A stretch of DNA of 64,000 nucleotides from Candidatus Geohabitans tengchongensis (lineage in GTDB: Bacteria; Sysuimicrobiota; Sysuimicrobiia; Sysuimicrobiales; Humicultoraceae). Where the stretch lies: assembly GCA_031459625.1 (NCBI GenBank), contig JAVKIH010000002.1:42958-106957 (forward strand). Reading direction: 5' to 3'. Position 1 is the stretch's first letter, and the number at the start of each line of letters is the position of its first letter. A program made the translations under genes and the position numbers. Under the pieces are notes generated by a model. That model saw only the letters and a list, made by a program, of their open reading frames with translations, made no database searches and was not told the origin of the DNA. Positions 1-8,833 of the stretch are shown piece after piece.

Positions 1-467
1 TGCCCAAGGCGGCCATCGTGCCCGTGCTGGTCATCTGGTTCGGCATCGGCACCGTCCCGGCCATCCTCACCGCCTTCCTCATCTCGTTCTTCCCCATCGT
101 GGTGAACGTGGCCACCGGGCTGGCCACGCTGGAGCCAGAGCTGCAGGACGTGCTGCGGTCGCTGGGGGCGAGCAAGCGGGAGATCTTCCTGAAGATCGGC
201 CTCCCCCGCTCGCTGCCCTACTTCTTCGCCTCGCTCAAGGTGGCGGTGACGCTGGCCTTCGTCGGCGCCATCATCGCCGAGACGGTGGCGGCCAACCGTG
301 GCATCGGCTACCTGATGATCGCGGCCAGCGCCCGCTTCGAAGTCCCGCTGGTCTTCGCGGGCCTCGTCGTGGTGGCGGCCATGGGGGTCGCCCTCTTCGT
401 GGTCTTCGCGCTGGTGGAGCGGCGCCTGACGGGGTGGGCCTACCGGGGGCAGTCGGTCGCGGGCTGA
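1..467 (+). CDS. ABC transporter permease, NitT/TauT (SsuC-like) family; 5' end outside window
   Basis: Hydrophobic ORF with PKAAIVP, EAA-like loop (LRSLGASKREIFLKIGLPRSLPY) and AETVAANRGIGYL. Confidence 0.9.
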   Translation, partial: PKAAIVPVLVIWFGIGTVPAILTAFLISFFPIVVNVATGLATLEPELQDVLRSLGASKREIFLKIGLPRSLPYFFASLKVAVTLAFVGAIIAETVAANRGIGYLMIAASARFEVPLVFAGLVVVAAMGVALFVVFALVERRLTGWAYRGQSVAG

Positions 468-536
468 CGCCGTCTCCGGCGGCGCCGGCCGCGGACGCGA
501 GATCTCCGCCCCTGCCCCCCATGCGCCGCCGGCGCG

Positions 537-545
537 TGCTACCAT
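537..545 (+). promoter_or_regulatory. Candidate extended -10 promoter (TGcTACCAT) for prpD-comA
   Basis: Matches TGnTAnnnT about 30 nt before the ATG at 575; GGAGG/AGGAG SD follows. Confidence 0.4.
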
Positions 546-574
546 GACTTCCCCGGAGGACCAGGAGACGGACC

Positions 575-1951
575 ATGACAATGGTGGAGCACCTGGCCGC
601 CTTCGCCGTGCGGGCCAGCGACGAGGATCTCTCGGCGGCAGCCCGGGAGCAGCTCAAGCTCCGGGTGCTCGACGCGCTCGGCTGCGCCATCGGCGCGCTG
701 GACGGCACGCCCCTCCGCGCCCTGCGCGGGCACCTGGAGGCGTTCGGCGGCCGCCCGCTGGCGTCCCTCATCGGCGGGGGGCGCACCGCGCCGGACCGCG
801 CCGCGCTCTACAACGGGGCCCTGGTGCGCTACCTGGACTTCAACGACAGCTTCCTGGCCCCCGGCGAGACCTGCCATCCCAGCGACAACCTGGGCGCCGT
901 GCTGGCGGCCGCCGAGTCCGCCGATGCCAGCGGCCGCGACCTGCTGGCGGCGCTGGCCGTCGCCTACCAGGTGCAGTGCCGGCTCTCCGAGGTCGCCCCG
1001 GTGCGGGCCCGGGGGTTCGACCACGTGACCCAGGGGGCCTACGCGGCGGCCGCGGGCGTCGCCCGGGCGCTGGGACTGGACGCGGCGCGCGCGGCGCACG
1101 GCATCGCCATCAGCGGCACGGCCTTCAACGCGCTCCGGGTCACGCGCACCGGCCGGCTCTCCCACTGGAAGGGGCTGGCGTACCCCAACGCCGCCTTCGG
1201 GGCCACGCATGCGGTCTTCCTGGCCATGCGCGGGATCACCGGGCCGCTGGAGGTCTTCGAGGGCACCAAGGGCTTCATGGACGCCATCGCCGGGCGGTTC
1301 AGCCTGGACTGGAGCCGGGAGGACCTCGAGGCCGTGCGCCGCACCGTCGTGAAGAAGTACAATGCGGAGATTCACGCCCAGTCGGCCCTCGAAGGGTTGC
1401 TGGAGCTCAGGGCCGCGGCGGGGTTCGGCGGCGAGGAGATCGAGCGGATCGAGCTCGACACCTTCGACGTCGCCTTTCACATCATCGGCGGCGGTGCGGA
1501 AGGGGACAAGTACGAGGTCCGGACCAAGGAGGAGGCCGACCACAGCCTGCCCTACATGCTGGCCGTGGCCGCCCTGGACGGCGCCCTCGGCCCGGAGCAG
1601 TACACCCCCGAGCGGATCGAGCGCCAGGACGTGCAGGCCCTGCTGCGCCGGGTCGTGGTCCAACCGGACGAGGCGCTCAGCCGGCGCTTCCCGGCCGAGA
1701 TGCCGGCGCGGCTGCGCGTCGTGCTCCGCGACGGGCGGGTGCTCTCGGTGGAGAAGCGGGACTACGAAGGGTTCCACACCCGCCCGATGCCGTGGGCGGG
1801 GGTGGTGGAGAAGTTCGAGCGGCTGGCCGCACCCTTCACCGACGCCAGACAGCGGCGGGCGGTGGTGGAGGCGGTGGCCGGACTGGAGGGGATCACCGTG
1901 CGCGAGCTGACGCGGCTCCTGGAAGCGATCGGCCAGGAGGGGAGACGATGA
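575..1951 (+). CDS. MmgE/PrpD family protein (2-methylcitrate dehydratase-like)
   Basis: YNGALVRYLDFNDSF, CHPSDN, RGFDHVT, LSHWKG, KKYNAEIHAQS, ADHSLPY motifs. Confidence 0.92.
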   Translation: MTMVEHLAAFAVRASDEDLSAAAREQLKLRVLDALGCAIGALDGTPLRALRGHLEAFGGRPLASLIGGGRTAPDRAALYNGALVRYLDFNDSFLAPGETCHPSDNLGAVLAAAESADASGRDLLAALAVAYQVQCRLSEVAPVRARGFDHVTQGAYAAAAGVARALGLDAARAAHGIAISGTAFNALRVTRTGRLSHWKGLAYPNAAFGATHAVFLAMRGITGPLEVFEGTKGFMDAIAGRFSLDWSREDLEAVRRTVVKKYNAEIHAQSALEGLLELRAAAGFGGEEIERIELDTFDVAFHIIGGGAEGDKYEVRTKEEADHSLPYMLAVAALDGALGPEQYTPERIERQDVQALLRRVVVQPDEALSRRFPAEMPARLRVVLRDGRVLSVEKRDYEGFHTRPMPWAGVVEKFERLAAPFTDARQRRAVVEAVAGLEGITVRELTRLLEAIGQEGRR

Positions 1952-2784
1952 GCGCCATCGAGCCATCCGAGCGGGCGTTCGCGTTCATCCGGCTCAACGA
2001 GCGGGGCCGCAAGCCCCGGACACGCGGCGTCACCGAGATCCGCGGCCCCTACTACACGCCCATGGGCCGGCGGTATCTCGAGGACATCCTGGAGACGATG
2101 GGCGCCTGGGTGGACAGCCTCAAGTTCGCCGGCGGGTCGTTCGCCCTCATGCCGCGCGACCGGCTGGTGGAGCTCATCGAGCTCTGCCACCGCTACGACG
2201 TCCAGGTCTCCACGGGCGGCTTCATCGAACGCGTGCTCCTCCAGGGGCCGGACGCGGTCGACCGCTACGTCGAGGAGGTCCGGGCGGTCGGGTTCGACAT
2301 CCTGGAGCTCTCCACCGGCTTCATCACGCTGCCCACCGACGACGTCGTGCGCCTGATCGAGCGGGTGCAGCAGGCCGGCCTCAAACCGAAACCGGAGGTG
2401 GGCATCCAGTTCGGGGCCGGCGGCGCCAGCGCCGTCGAGGCCCTCGAGGCCGAGGGCACGCGCGACGTGGAGTGGGCCATCGCGCAGGCCCGACGGTACC
2501 TGGAGGCCGGGGCCTGGATGATCATGGTCGAGTCGGAGGGGATCACCGAGAACGTCCGGACCTGGCGCACCGACGTGGTGGCGAAGCTGATCAACGCGCT
2601 GGGGCTGGAGCGGGTGATGTTCGAGGCCGCCGACCCGCCGGTCTTCGAATGGTACATCAGGCACTACGGCCCGGAGGTCAACCTCTTCGTCGACCACAGC
2701 CAGATCGTGGAGCTCGAGTGCATGCGCTCCGGCCTCTGGGGCACCGCGCGGGTGTGGGGCCGGGTACTGACGTACAAGGAGTAG
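1948..2784 (+). CDS. comA: Phosphosulfolactate synthase (ComA/HSA32-like) family protein
   Basis: ATGA overlap with the prpD stop; GVTEIRGPYY, VDSLKFAGGSF, KPEVG, IMVESEG, MFEA, YGPEVNLF, LECMRSGLWG. Confidence 0.88.
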   Translation: MSAIEPSERAFAFIRLNERGRKPRTRGVTEIRGPYYTPMGRRYLEDILETMGAWVDSLKFAGGSFALMPRDRLVELIELCHRYDVQVSTGGFIERVLLQGPDAVDRYVEEVRAVGFDILELSTGFITLPTDDVVRLIERVQQAGLKPKPEVGIQFGAGGASAVEALEAEGTRDVEWAIAQARRYLEAGAWMIMVESEGITENVRTWRTDVVAKLINALGLERVMFEAADPPVFEWYIRHYGPEVNLFVDHSQIVELECMRSGLWGTARVWGRVLTYKE

Positions 2785-2823
2785 TGCTCCCGGTGTCAGG
2801 AGAGTAGTGCTCCCGGTGTCAGG
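2779..2823. repeat. Exact 22-nt direct repeat (GAGTAGTGCTCCCGGTGTCAGG), 23-nt period
   Basis: Copies at 2779-2800 and 2802-2823, between convergent genes. Confidence 0.95.
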
Positions 2824-5236
2824 GGGCCTTCCCCACCGTCCCCCCCAGCACCGCCTGCCCGGTGGAGAGGCCGTAGTAGTGCGGCACCGGCTCCGGCCCG
2901 GGGACATCGGGGGCCGGCGGCCAGCCGGCACGCGGGCGCACCGGCGGGGCGAGTCCGACCAGGTCGTCCGGGCGCACCGGCACGCGGTTCAGCTCGCGCC
3001 CCGTGGCATCGCGCAGCGCGGCCACGATGGCGGCGGTGGAGACCACGGTCGACGGCTCCCCCACGCCCTTCGCCCCGTACGGGAATCCGGGCTCCGGCTC
3101 CTCGACCAGCATGGAGACCACCGGGGGCATGTCCAGGATCGTGGGGATCAGGTAGTCGGTGAAGGAGGGGTTGAGGATGCGGCCGTCCCGCAGCTGCAGC
3201 TCCTCCATCAGCGCCAGGCCGAGGCCCTGGGCGGTGCCGCCCTCGATCTGCCCGAAGACGTGCTGCGGGTGGATGGCCCGCCCCACGTCCTGCGCGGTGG
3301 CGATCTGGACGACGCGCACGAGCCCCAGCTCCTCGTCCACCTCCACCACGGCCCGCTGCGCGGCGAAGGCGAAGGCGACGTGGACGTCCCCCTGCCCGCG
3401 GGCGTCGAGCGGCGTGGTGCGCCGGTGGTGGAAGGTCCTGGTGGCCTCGATGGGCTCGGCCAGGAAGTCGGCGATGGCCCCCACCGGCTCGCCGTCCGCG
3501 AGAACCAGTCCGCCGGCCAGCGTGAGCGGCTCGCGCAGCGCCCGCCCCTGCGCGGCGGCGTGGCGGCGGACCCGCTCCAGCAGGGCGTCGCGCACGGCCT
3601 GGGCGGCCAGCTGCACCGCCCCGCCGGACATCATCGTCTGACGGGACGCCGAGCTCGACCCGGCCGACCCCACGGCCGTGTCGGGCTGGCGGATCACCAC
3701 CTGCTCCACGCCCAGCTCGGTGCGGGCGATCTGGGCCAGCACCGTGTGCACCCCCTGGCCGACCTCCGCCGCAGCGCTGTGCACCTCCACCACCGGACCG
3801 GCCGGGCCGGCGAAGAGGCGCACGCGCGCCTCGGCCGCGTCGTCGAAGCCGCCGCTGTAGGCCAGGTTCTTGTAGCCGACGGCGAACCCCACCCCGCGGC
3901 GCAGGCGCTCGCCGCGGGAGACGTTGCCGGCGCCGCCGGGGTAGGCGAGCGGGTTCCGCCCGGCGGGGGGTTCCTCGGGCGGGAGCGGGACGGCGGCGCA
4001 GCGGTCGATGACCTCGCGCACGGGGGCGCTCCCCCGGACCACCTGCCCCGTGGGCAGCACCGACCCCGGGCGCAGGGCGTTGCGCCGCCGCAGCTCCACC
4101 GGGTCGATCCCCAGGGCCCGGGCCAGGCGGTCCATCTGCGCCTCGTAAGCGAAGCACGCCTGCACCGCGCCGAAGCCGCGCATCGCCCCGCAGGGCGGGT
4201 TGTTGGTGTAGACGCACGTCCCCTCGATGAGGGCGTTGGGCACCTCGTAGGGCCCGGCCGCAAAGGTGGCGGCGTTGGCGATGACCGCCGCCGACGACGA
4301 GGCGTAGGCGCCGCCGTCGAGCAGGATGCGCGCCCGCACGCACACCAGCCGGCCGTCGCGCGCCGCCCCGGTGCGCATCCAGATGCGCGCGGGGTGGCGG
4401 TGGACGTGGCCGTAGAAGGACTCCTCCCGCCCGTAGGCGATCTTCACCGGGCGGCCGGTGCGCAGCGCCAGCAGGCAGGCGTGGATGTGCATGGAGAGGT
4501 CCTCGCGGGCGCCGAAGGCCCCGCCGACCCCTGCCAGGTAGAGGCGCACCTTCTCCTTGGGCAGGCCCAGGCACGGCGCGATCTGCTCCTGGTCGACGTG
4601 CAGCCACTGCGTGGCCACGTACAGGTCGACGCCGCCGTCGCCGGCGGGCACGGCCAGGCCGGCCTCGGGCCCGAGGAAGGCCTGGTCCTGCATCCCGGTC
4701 TCGTAGTAGCCCTCCACCCACACCTCGGCCGCGGCGTCGGGGTCGCCGTGGACGATGCGCAGGTGGCGCAGCACGTTCCCGAAGTCGTGCAGGCGCGGCA
4801 CGTCGGGGCGCAGCGCCTCCTCCATGTCGGTCACCGCCGGCAGGAGCTCGTACTCCACGACCACCCGCTCGGCGGCGCGGCGGGCCGTCTCCGGGTCGTC
4901 CGCCGCCAGCACCGCCACCGCCTCGCCCACGTAGCGCACCCGGTCCCACGCCAGCACCGGCTGGTCGGCGAACTCCAGCCCGAAGGTCTTCCGCCCGGGG
5001 ACGTCGTCGGCCAGGAGGACCGCGTGGACGCCGGGGGTGGCCAGGGCGGCGGAGACGTCGATGCGGCGGATGCGGGCGTGCGCGTGGGGGCTGCGCACGG
5101 TGTGGCCGTAGAGCATCCCCTCGGCCCACAGGTCGCTGCCGAAGAGAAACTCCCCCTTGACCTTGGGGACCCCGTCGACGCGGCGGGCGCTCTCGCCGAC
5201 GACGCCGCGAGTGCGGGTCACGGTGCGGACGCTCAT
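2819..5236 (-). CDS. pucD: Xanthine dehydrogenase molybdenum-binding subunit (PucD-like)
   Basis: RSPHAHARI, QDQAFLGPE, GVGGAFGAREDL, GAMRGFG, AAEVGQG, SSASRQT, GQIEGG, GAKGVGEP; start MSVRTV overlaps the upstream stop. Confidence 0.92.
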   Translation of the reverse strand: MSVRTVTRTRGVVGESARRVDGVPKVKGEFLFGSDLWAEGMLYGHTVRSPHAHARIRRIDVSAALATPGVHAVLLADDVPGRKTFGLEFADQPVLAWDRVRYVGEAVAVLAADDPETARRAAERVVVEYELLPAVTDMEEALRPDVPRLHDFGNVLRHLRIVHGDPDAAAEVWVEGYYETGMQDQAFLGPEAGLAVPAGDGGVDLYVATQWLHVDQEQIAPCLGLPKEKVRLYLAGVGGAFGAREDLSMHIHACLLALRTGRPVKIAYGREESFYGHVHRHPARIWMRTGAARDGRLVCVRARILLDGGAYASSSAAVIANAATFAAGPYEVPNALIEGTCVYTNNPPCGAMRGFGAVQACFAYEAQMDRLARALGIDPVELRRRNALRPGSVLPTGQVVRGSAPVREVIDRCAAVPLPPEEPPAGRNPLAYPGGAGNVSRGERLRRGVGFAVGYKNLAYSGGFDDAAEARVRLFAGPAGPVVEVHSAAAEVGQGVHTVLAQIARTELGVEQVVIRQPDTAVGSAGSSSASRQTMMSGGAVQLAAQAVRDALLERVRRHAAAQGRALREPLTLAGGLVLADGEPVGAIADFLAEPIEATRTFHHRRTTPLDARGQGDVHVAFAFAAQRAVVEVDEELGLVRVVQIATAQDVGRAIHPQHVFGQIEGGTAQGLGLALMEELQLRDGRILNPSFTDYLIPTILDMPPVVSMLVEEPEPGFPYGAKGVGEPSTVVSTAAIVAALRDATGRELNRVPVRPDDLVGLAPPVRPRAGWPPAPDVPGPEPVPHYYGLSTGQAVLGGTVGKAP

Positions 5237-6603
5237 CCCGCCACCGTCCTCTCGCTCCACGCCAGGATCTGGCGCGCCACCCGCCGCCCCTCCACGGCGA
5301 TCTCCTCCTCGTCGGCCCGCACGAGCCGCCCGTCGCGCACCACCCACTGCCCGGCCACCAGGAGGTGGCGCACCCGGCGCGGTGTGCAGAAGAGGAGCGC
5401 GGCCACCGGGTCCGCCTCCGCCCCGGCGAACTCCACCCCCTCCACGGAGAAGAGCGCCACGTCGGCCTGCTGCCCCGGGACGAGGGAGCCCAGCTCGGGG
5501 CGGCCCAGGCAGAGCGCCCCGCCGCGGGCAGCCGCCCGCAGCACCTCGCGGGCCCCAAGGGTGGCGGCCCCGTGGACGCGGCTGGCCAGCAACCCCATGC
5601 GCGCCTCCGCCAGCAGGTGGCCGCTGTCGTTGGAGGCGGAGCCGTCCACCGCCAGTCCTACCGTCACGCCGGCGCGGAGCAGGGCCGCGGCGGGCGCGAT
5701 CCCCGACCCCAGACGCAGGTTGGAGGTGGGGCACCAGGCCACGGCGGTCTGCGTGCGGGCCAGGCGCTGGATGTCCCCGCCGTCGAGGTGGACGGCGTGG
5801 GCCAGCCAGACGTCGGGGCCGAGCCAGCCCATCTCCTCCAGCAGCTCCACCGGCCGGCGCCCGAAGGTCTCCAGGCAGTAGGCCTCCTCGTCGCGCGTCT
5901 CGGCGATGTGCGTGTGCAGGCGGATGCCGAGGCGGCGGGCCAGGTCTGCGGCGTCGCGCATCAGGCGCGGTGTGACGGAGAAGGGCGAGCAGGGCGCCAC
6001 GGCGATGCGCAGCATCGCGGCGGGGCGCGGATCATGGTGGCGCCGGATCACCTCTTCGGTGTGGTGCAGGACGGTGTCGGCGTCCTCCACGAGCCCGTCG
6101 GGCGGCAGCCCTCCCCGGCTGGCCCCCAGGTCCATCGACCCGCGGCAGGGGTGGAAGCGCACCCCGAGCGAGGCCGCGGCGGCGATGGCTGCCTCCAGGA
6201 TCCCCCCGCCGCCGCGCGGGAAGACGTAGTGGTGGTCCGTCGTCGTGCTGCACCCGGAGAGGGCCAGCTCGGCCAGCCCCACGCGGGCCGCCGCCCACGC
6301 CCACTCCGCGTCCACCCCGGCCCACACCGGGTAGAGCGCGCGCAGCCAGCCGAAGAGCCCCTGGTCCTGGGCCCGCACACGGGTGAGCGCCTGGTAGAGG
6401 TGGTGGTGGGTATTCACCAGACCCGGGAGGGCCACGAGGCCGCGGCCGTCCACGCGCTCCGCCTCGGGCGGCGCCGGGGCAGGACCCGTGCCCACCCAGG
6501 CGATCACCCCATCCTGGACCAGCACGGAGCCGCCCGGGAGCTCGGTCCCCGCCTCGTCCATGGTGACGACCACCTCGCAGCGGTCGATGAGCAGGGTGCT
6601 CAC
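5233..6603 (-). CDS. 8-oxoguanine deaminase-like amidohydrolase
   Basis: PGLVNTHHHLYQ, DHHYVFP, RGSM, APCSPFS, HTHIAE, CPTSNLRLGSG, DGSASND. Confidence 0.88.
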   Translation of the reverse strand: MSTLLIDRCEVVVTMDEAGTELPGGSVLVQDGVIAWVGTGPAPAPPEAERVDGRGLVALPGLVNTHHHLYQALTRVRAQDQGLFGWLRALYPVWAGVDAEWAWAAARVGLAELALSGCSTTTDHHYVFPRGGGGILEAAIAAAASLGVRFHPCRGSMDLGASRGGLPPDGLVEDADTVLHHTEEVIRRHHDPRPAAMLRIAVAPCSPFSVTPRLMRDAADLARRLGIRLHTHIAETRDEEAYCLETFGRRPVELLEEMGWLGPDVWLAHAVHLDGGDIQRLARTQTAVAWCPTSNLRLGSGIAPAAALLRAGVTVGLAVDGSASNDSGHLLAEARMGLLASRVHGAATLGAREVLRAAARGGALCLGRPELGSLVPGQQADVALFSVEGVEFAGAEADPVAALLFCTPRRVRHLLVAGQWVVRDGRLVRADEEEIAVEGRRVARQILAWSERTVAG

Positions 6604-7073
6604 GCCGGAGCGGGACGGAGGCGATCCGCGGCCAGGCGGACCGCGTCGAGGATCTTGGCGTAGCCGGTGCAGCGGCAGAGGTTGCCCGCCAGGGCCTCCC
6701 GGACGGTCAGCTCGTCGGGGTCAGGGTGGCGCTCCAGCAGGTCGGTGACGGCCACGACCAGCCCCGGGGTGCAGAAGCCGCACTGGACCGCCCCCGCCTC
6801 CAGGAAGGCCTCCTGCACGGGGTGGAGGGTGCCGGCGGCGGCCAGGCTCTCCACGGTGCGCACCTCGCGCCCCTCCGCCTGGGCTGCCAGCACCAGGCAG
6901 GCGCAGACCAGCTCGCCGTCGAGCCACACCGAGCAGGAGCCGCACTCCCCCTGCTCGCAGGCGTTCTTGGCGCCGGGCAGGCCGAGGTGGTCGCGCAGGG
7001 CCGCCAGCAGGCTGGCCCCCGGCCAGACCTCCGCCGTCCGCCACTCGCCGTTCACGCGCATCCGGACGAGCAT
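6600..7073 (-). CDS. Xanthine dehydrogenase-family 2Fe-2S subunit (PucE/CoxS-like)
   Basis: CEQGECGSC...C, QCGFCTPG, GNLCRCTGY. Confidence 0.93.
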   Translation of the reverse strand: MLVRMRVNGEWRTAEVWPGASLLAALRDHLGLPGAKNACEQGECGSCSVWLDGELVCACLVLAAQAEGREVRTVESLAAAGTLHPVQEAFLEAGAVQCGFCTPGLVVAVTDLLERHPDPDELTVREALAGNLCRCTGYAKILDAVRLAADRLRPAPA

Positions 7074-7111
7074 CGGTTCGCCTCACCGTCGGGACGTGGC
7101 ATCATGCGGGA

Positions 7112-8833
7112 ATGTTCGGCATGTACGCTTCCCGCCCCGGTCCCGCCACTCCTGCCGCAGCGCGCCGAAAGTGCGGACGCGCCGGCGTCCCGGCAGGAGT
7201 GCCCGCGCCACCGGGGGAACCTGTCCGTGTGGCGCTCGCTGGCCTGCCGGACAGCGGGCAGAGGTCGGGGTCGCTCGACGCCCCCCTGCTGGCCCTCCGG
7301 GAGATCACCAAGACCTTCCCCGGCGTCGTCGCCAACGACCGGGTGACGCTCGAGGTGCGTGCCGGGGAGATCCACGCCCTGCTGGGCGAGAACGGCGCCG
7401 GCAAGACCACCCTGGTGCACGTCCTCTACGGCCTGCACCAGCCGGACGGCGGGGAGATCCTCCTGCGCGGCCGGCGGGTCACCATCCACTCCCCGCGGGA
7501 CGCCATCGCGCTCGGCATCGGGCTGGTGCCGCAGCACTTCCTGCTGGTGCGCCGCCACACCGCCGCCGAGAACATCGCGCTGGGCCTGGCCGACGCCCCC
7601 TGGCTCTTCCCCGCCCGCCAGGTGGAGCGCCGCCTGCGTGAGGTGGGCGCGCGCTACGGCCTCACCGTGGACCCGCGCGCCCCGGTGTGGAGCCTCTCGG
7701 TGAGCGAACAGCAGCGCCTGGAGATCCTCAAGGCGTTGCTGCGCGGCGCCCGGGTCCTGGTGCTGGACGAGCCCACCAGCGTCCTCACCCCGCAGGAGGC
7801 CGAGGCCCTCTTCGCCGTCTTGCGCCGCATGCGCGCCGAGGGGCAGGCGGTGATCTTCATCACCCACAAGCTCGACGAGGTGATCGGCCTGGCGGACCGG
7901 GTGACCGTGCTGCGCCGCGGCCGCGTGGTGGGGACGCTCCCCGTGACCGGCGTGGACAAGCGGACGCTGGCGCGGATGATGGTGGGGCGCGAGGTGGAGT
8001 TCCGCCCGCGCCGCACGCCGCGGGCGCCGGCGGGCGAGGCCCTGCGGGTGGAGGGGGTGTGGGCGCGCAACGACCGGGGGCTCGTGGCCGTGCGCGGGGT
8101 GAGCCTCACGGTGCAGGGCGGCGAGGTGGTGGGCGTCGCCGGCGTGGCGGGGAACGGCCAGCGGGAGCTCGTGGAGGTCCTCACCGGGCTGCGCCCGGCC
8201 GAGCGCGGGCGGGTCTGGGTGCTGGGGCGCGAGGTGACCAACCGCACCGCGCGGGAGGTCTTCGAGGCCGGAGCGGCCCACATCCCCGAGGAGCGGCTCG
8301 GCGTGGGCGTCGTGCCGGCGATGACCGTCCAGGAGAACCTGGTGCTGCGCCACTACCGCTACCCGCCCTTCGCCCGCGGCCCGCTCCTGGACCTGCGGGC
8401 GGTGGAGGGGTTCGCCACCCGCCTGATCGCCGAGTACGAGATCGCCGCGCCGGGGCCGCGCACGCCGGTGCGCGCCCTCTCTGGCGGGAACATCCAGAAG
8501 CTCATCCTGGCGCGCGAGCTCTCCGGCCGGCCGGGCCTGATCGTGGCCGCCCACCCCACCTCGGGGCTGGACGTGAGCGCCACCGAGCAGATCCACGCCC
8601 AGCTCCTGCGCCGGCGGGACGAGGGGGCCGGGGTGCTCCTGGTCTCTGAGGACCTCGACGAGGTCCTGGCCCTCGCCGACCGGGTGGCGGTGATGTACGG
8701 CGGACAGCTCATGGCCGTCCTGCCGGGCGCCGAAGCCGACCGGGAGACGGTCGGACTGCTGATGACGGGGCAGGCGGCCGCCCCCGCGGCGGAGCGCACC
8801 GGAGGGGAGCCCGCCCGGGAGTCCGCGGGATGA
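7112..8833 (+). CDS. Nucleoside/simple-sugar ABC transporter ATP-binding protein (two NBDs); true start probably downstream of 7112
   Basis: GENGAGKTT, LDEPT, ITHKL, LSGGNIQK; first ~55 codons are low complexity. Confidence 0.9.
   Translation: MFGMYASRPGPATPAAARRKCGRAGVPAGVPAPPGEPVRVALAGLPDSGQRSGSLDAPLLALREITKTFPGVVANDRVTLEVRAGEIHALLGENGAGKTTLVHVLYGLHQPDGGEILLRGRRVTIHSPRDAIALGIGLVPQHFLLVRRHTAAENIALGLADAPWLFPARQVERRLREVGARYGLTVDPRAPVWSLSVSEQQRLEILKALLRGARVLVLDEPTSVLTPQEAEALFAVLRRMRAEGQAVIFITHKLDEVIGLADRVTVLRRGRVVGTLPVTGVDKRTLARMMVGREVEFRPRRTPRAPAGEALRVEGVWARNDRGLVAVRGVSLTVQGGEVVGVAGVAGNGQRELVEVLTGLRPAERGRVWVLGREVTNRTAREVFEAGAAHIPEERLGVGVVPAMTVQENLVLRHYRYPPFARGPLLDLRAVEGFATRLIAEYEIAAPGPRTPVRALSGGNIQKLILARELSGRPGLIVAAHPTSGLDVSATEQIHAQLLRRRDEGAGVLLVSEDLDEVLALADRVAVMYGGQLMAVLPGAEADRETVGLLMTGQAAAPAAERTGGEPARESAG

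Noticed and set aside
544..1947. Apparent 746-aa ComA fusion ORF
   Set aside because: The N-terminal part is an Arg/Gly/Pro-rich off-frame overlap of prpD; the real start is the ATG at 1948 with an SD
2779..2823. 22-nt direct repeat as a mini-CRISPR or att site of a resident element
   Set aside because: Only two adjacent copies separated by 1 nt; no integrase or cas gene; no third copy noticed
7120..7270. Possible riboswitch in the leader of the nucleoside ABC operon
   Set aside because: GC-rich pairing is possible, but I recognised no aptamer consensus and the start codon is uncertain
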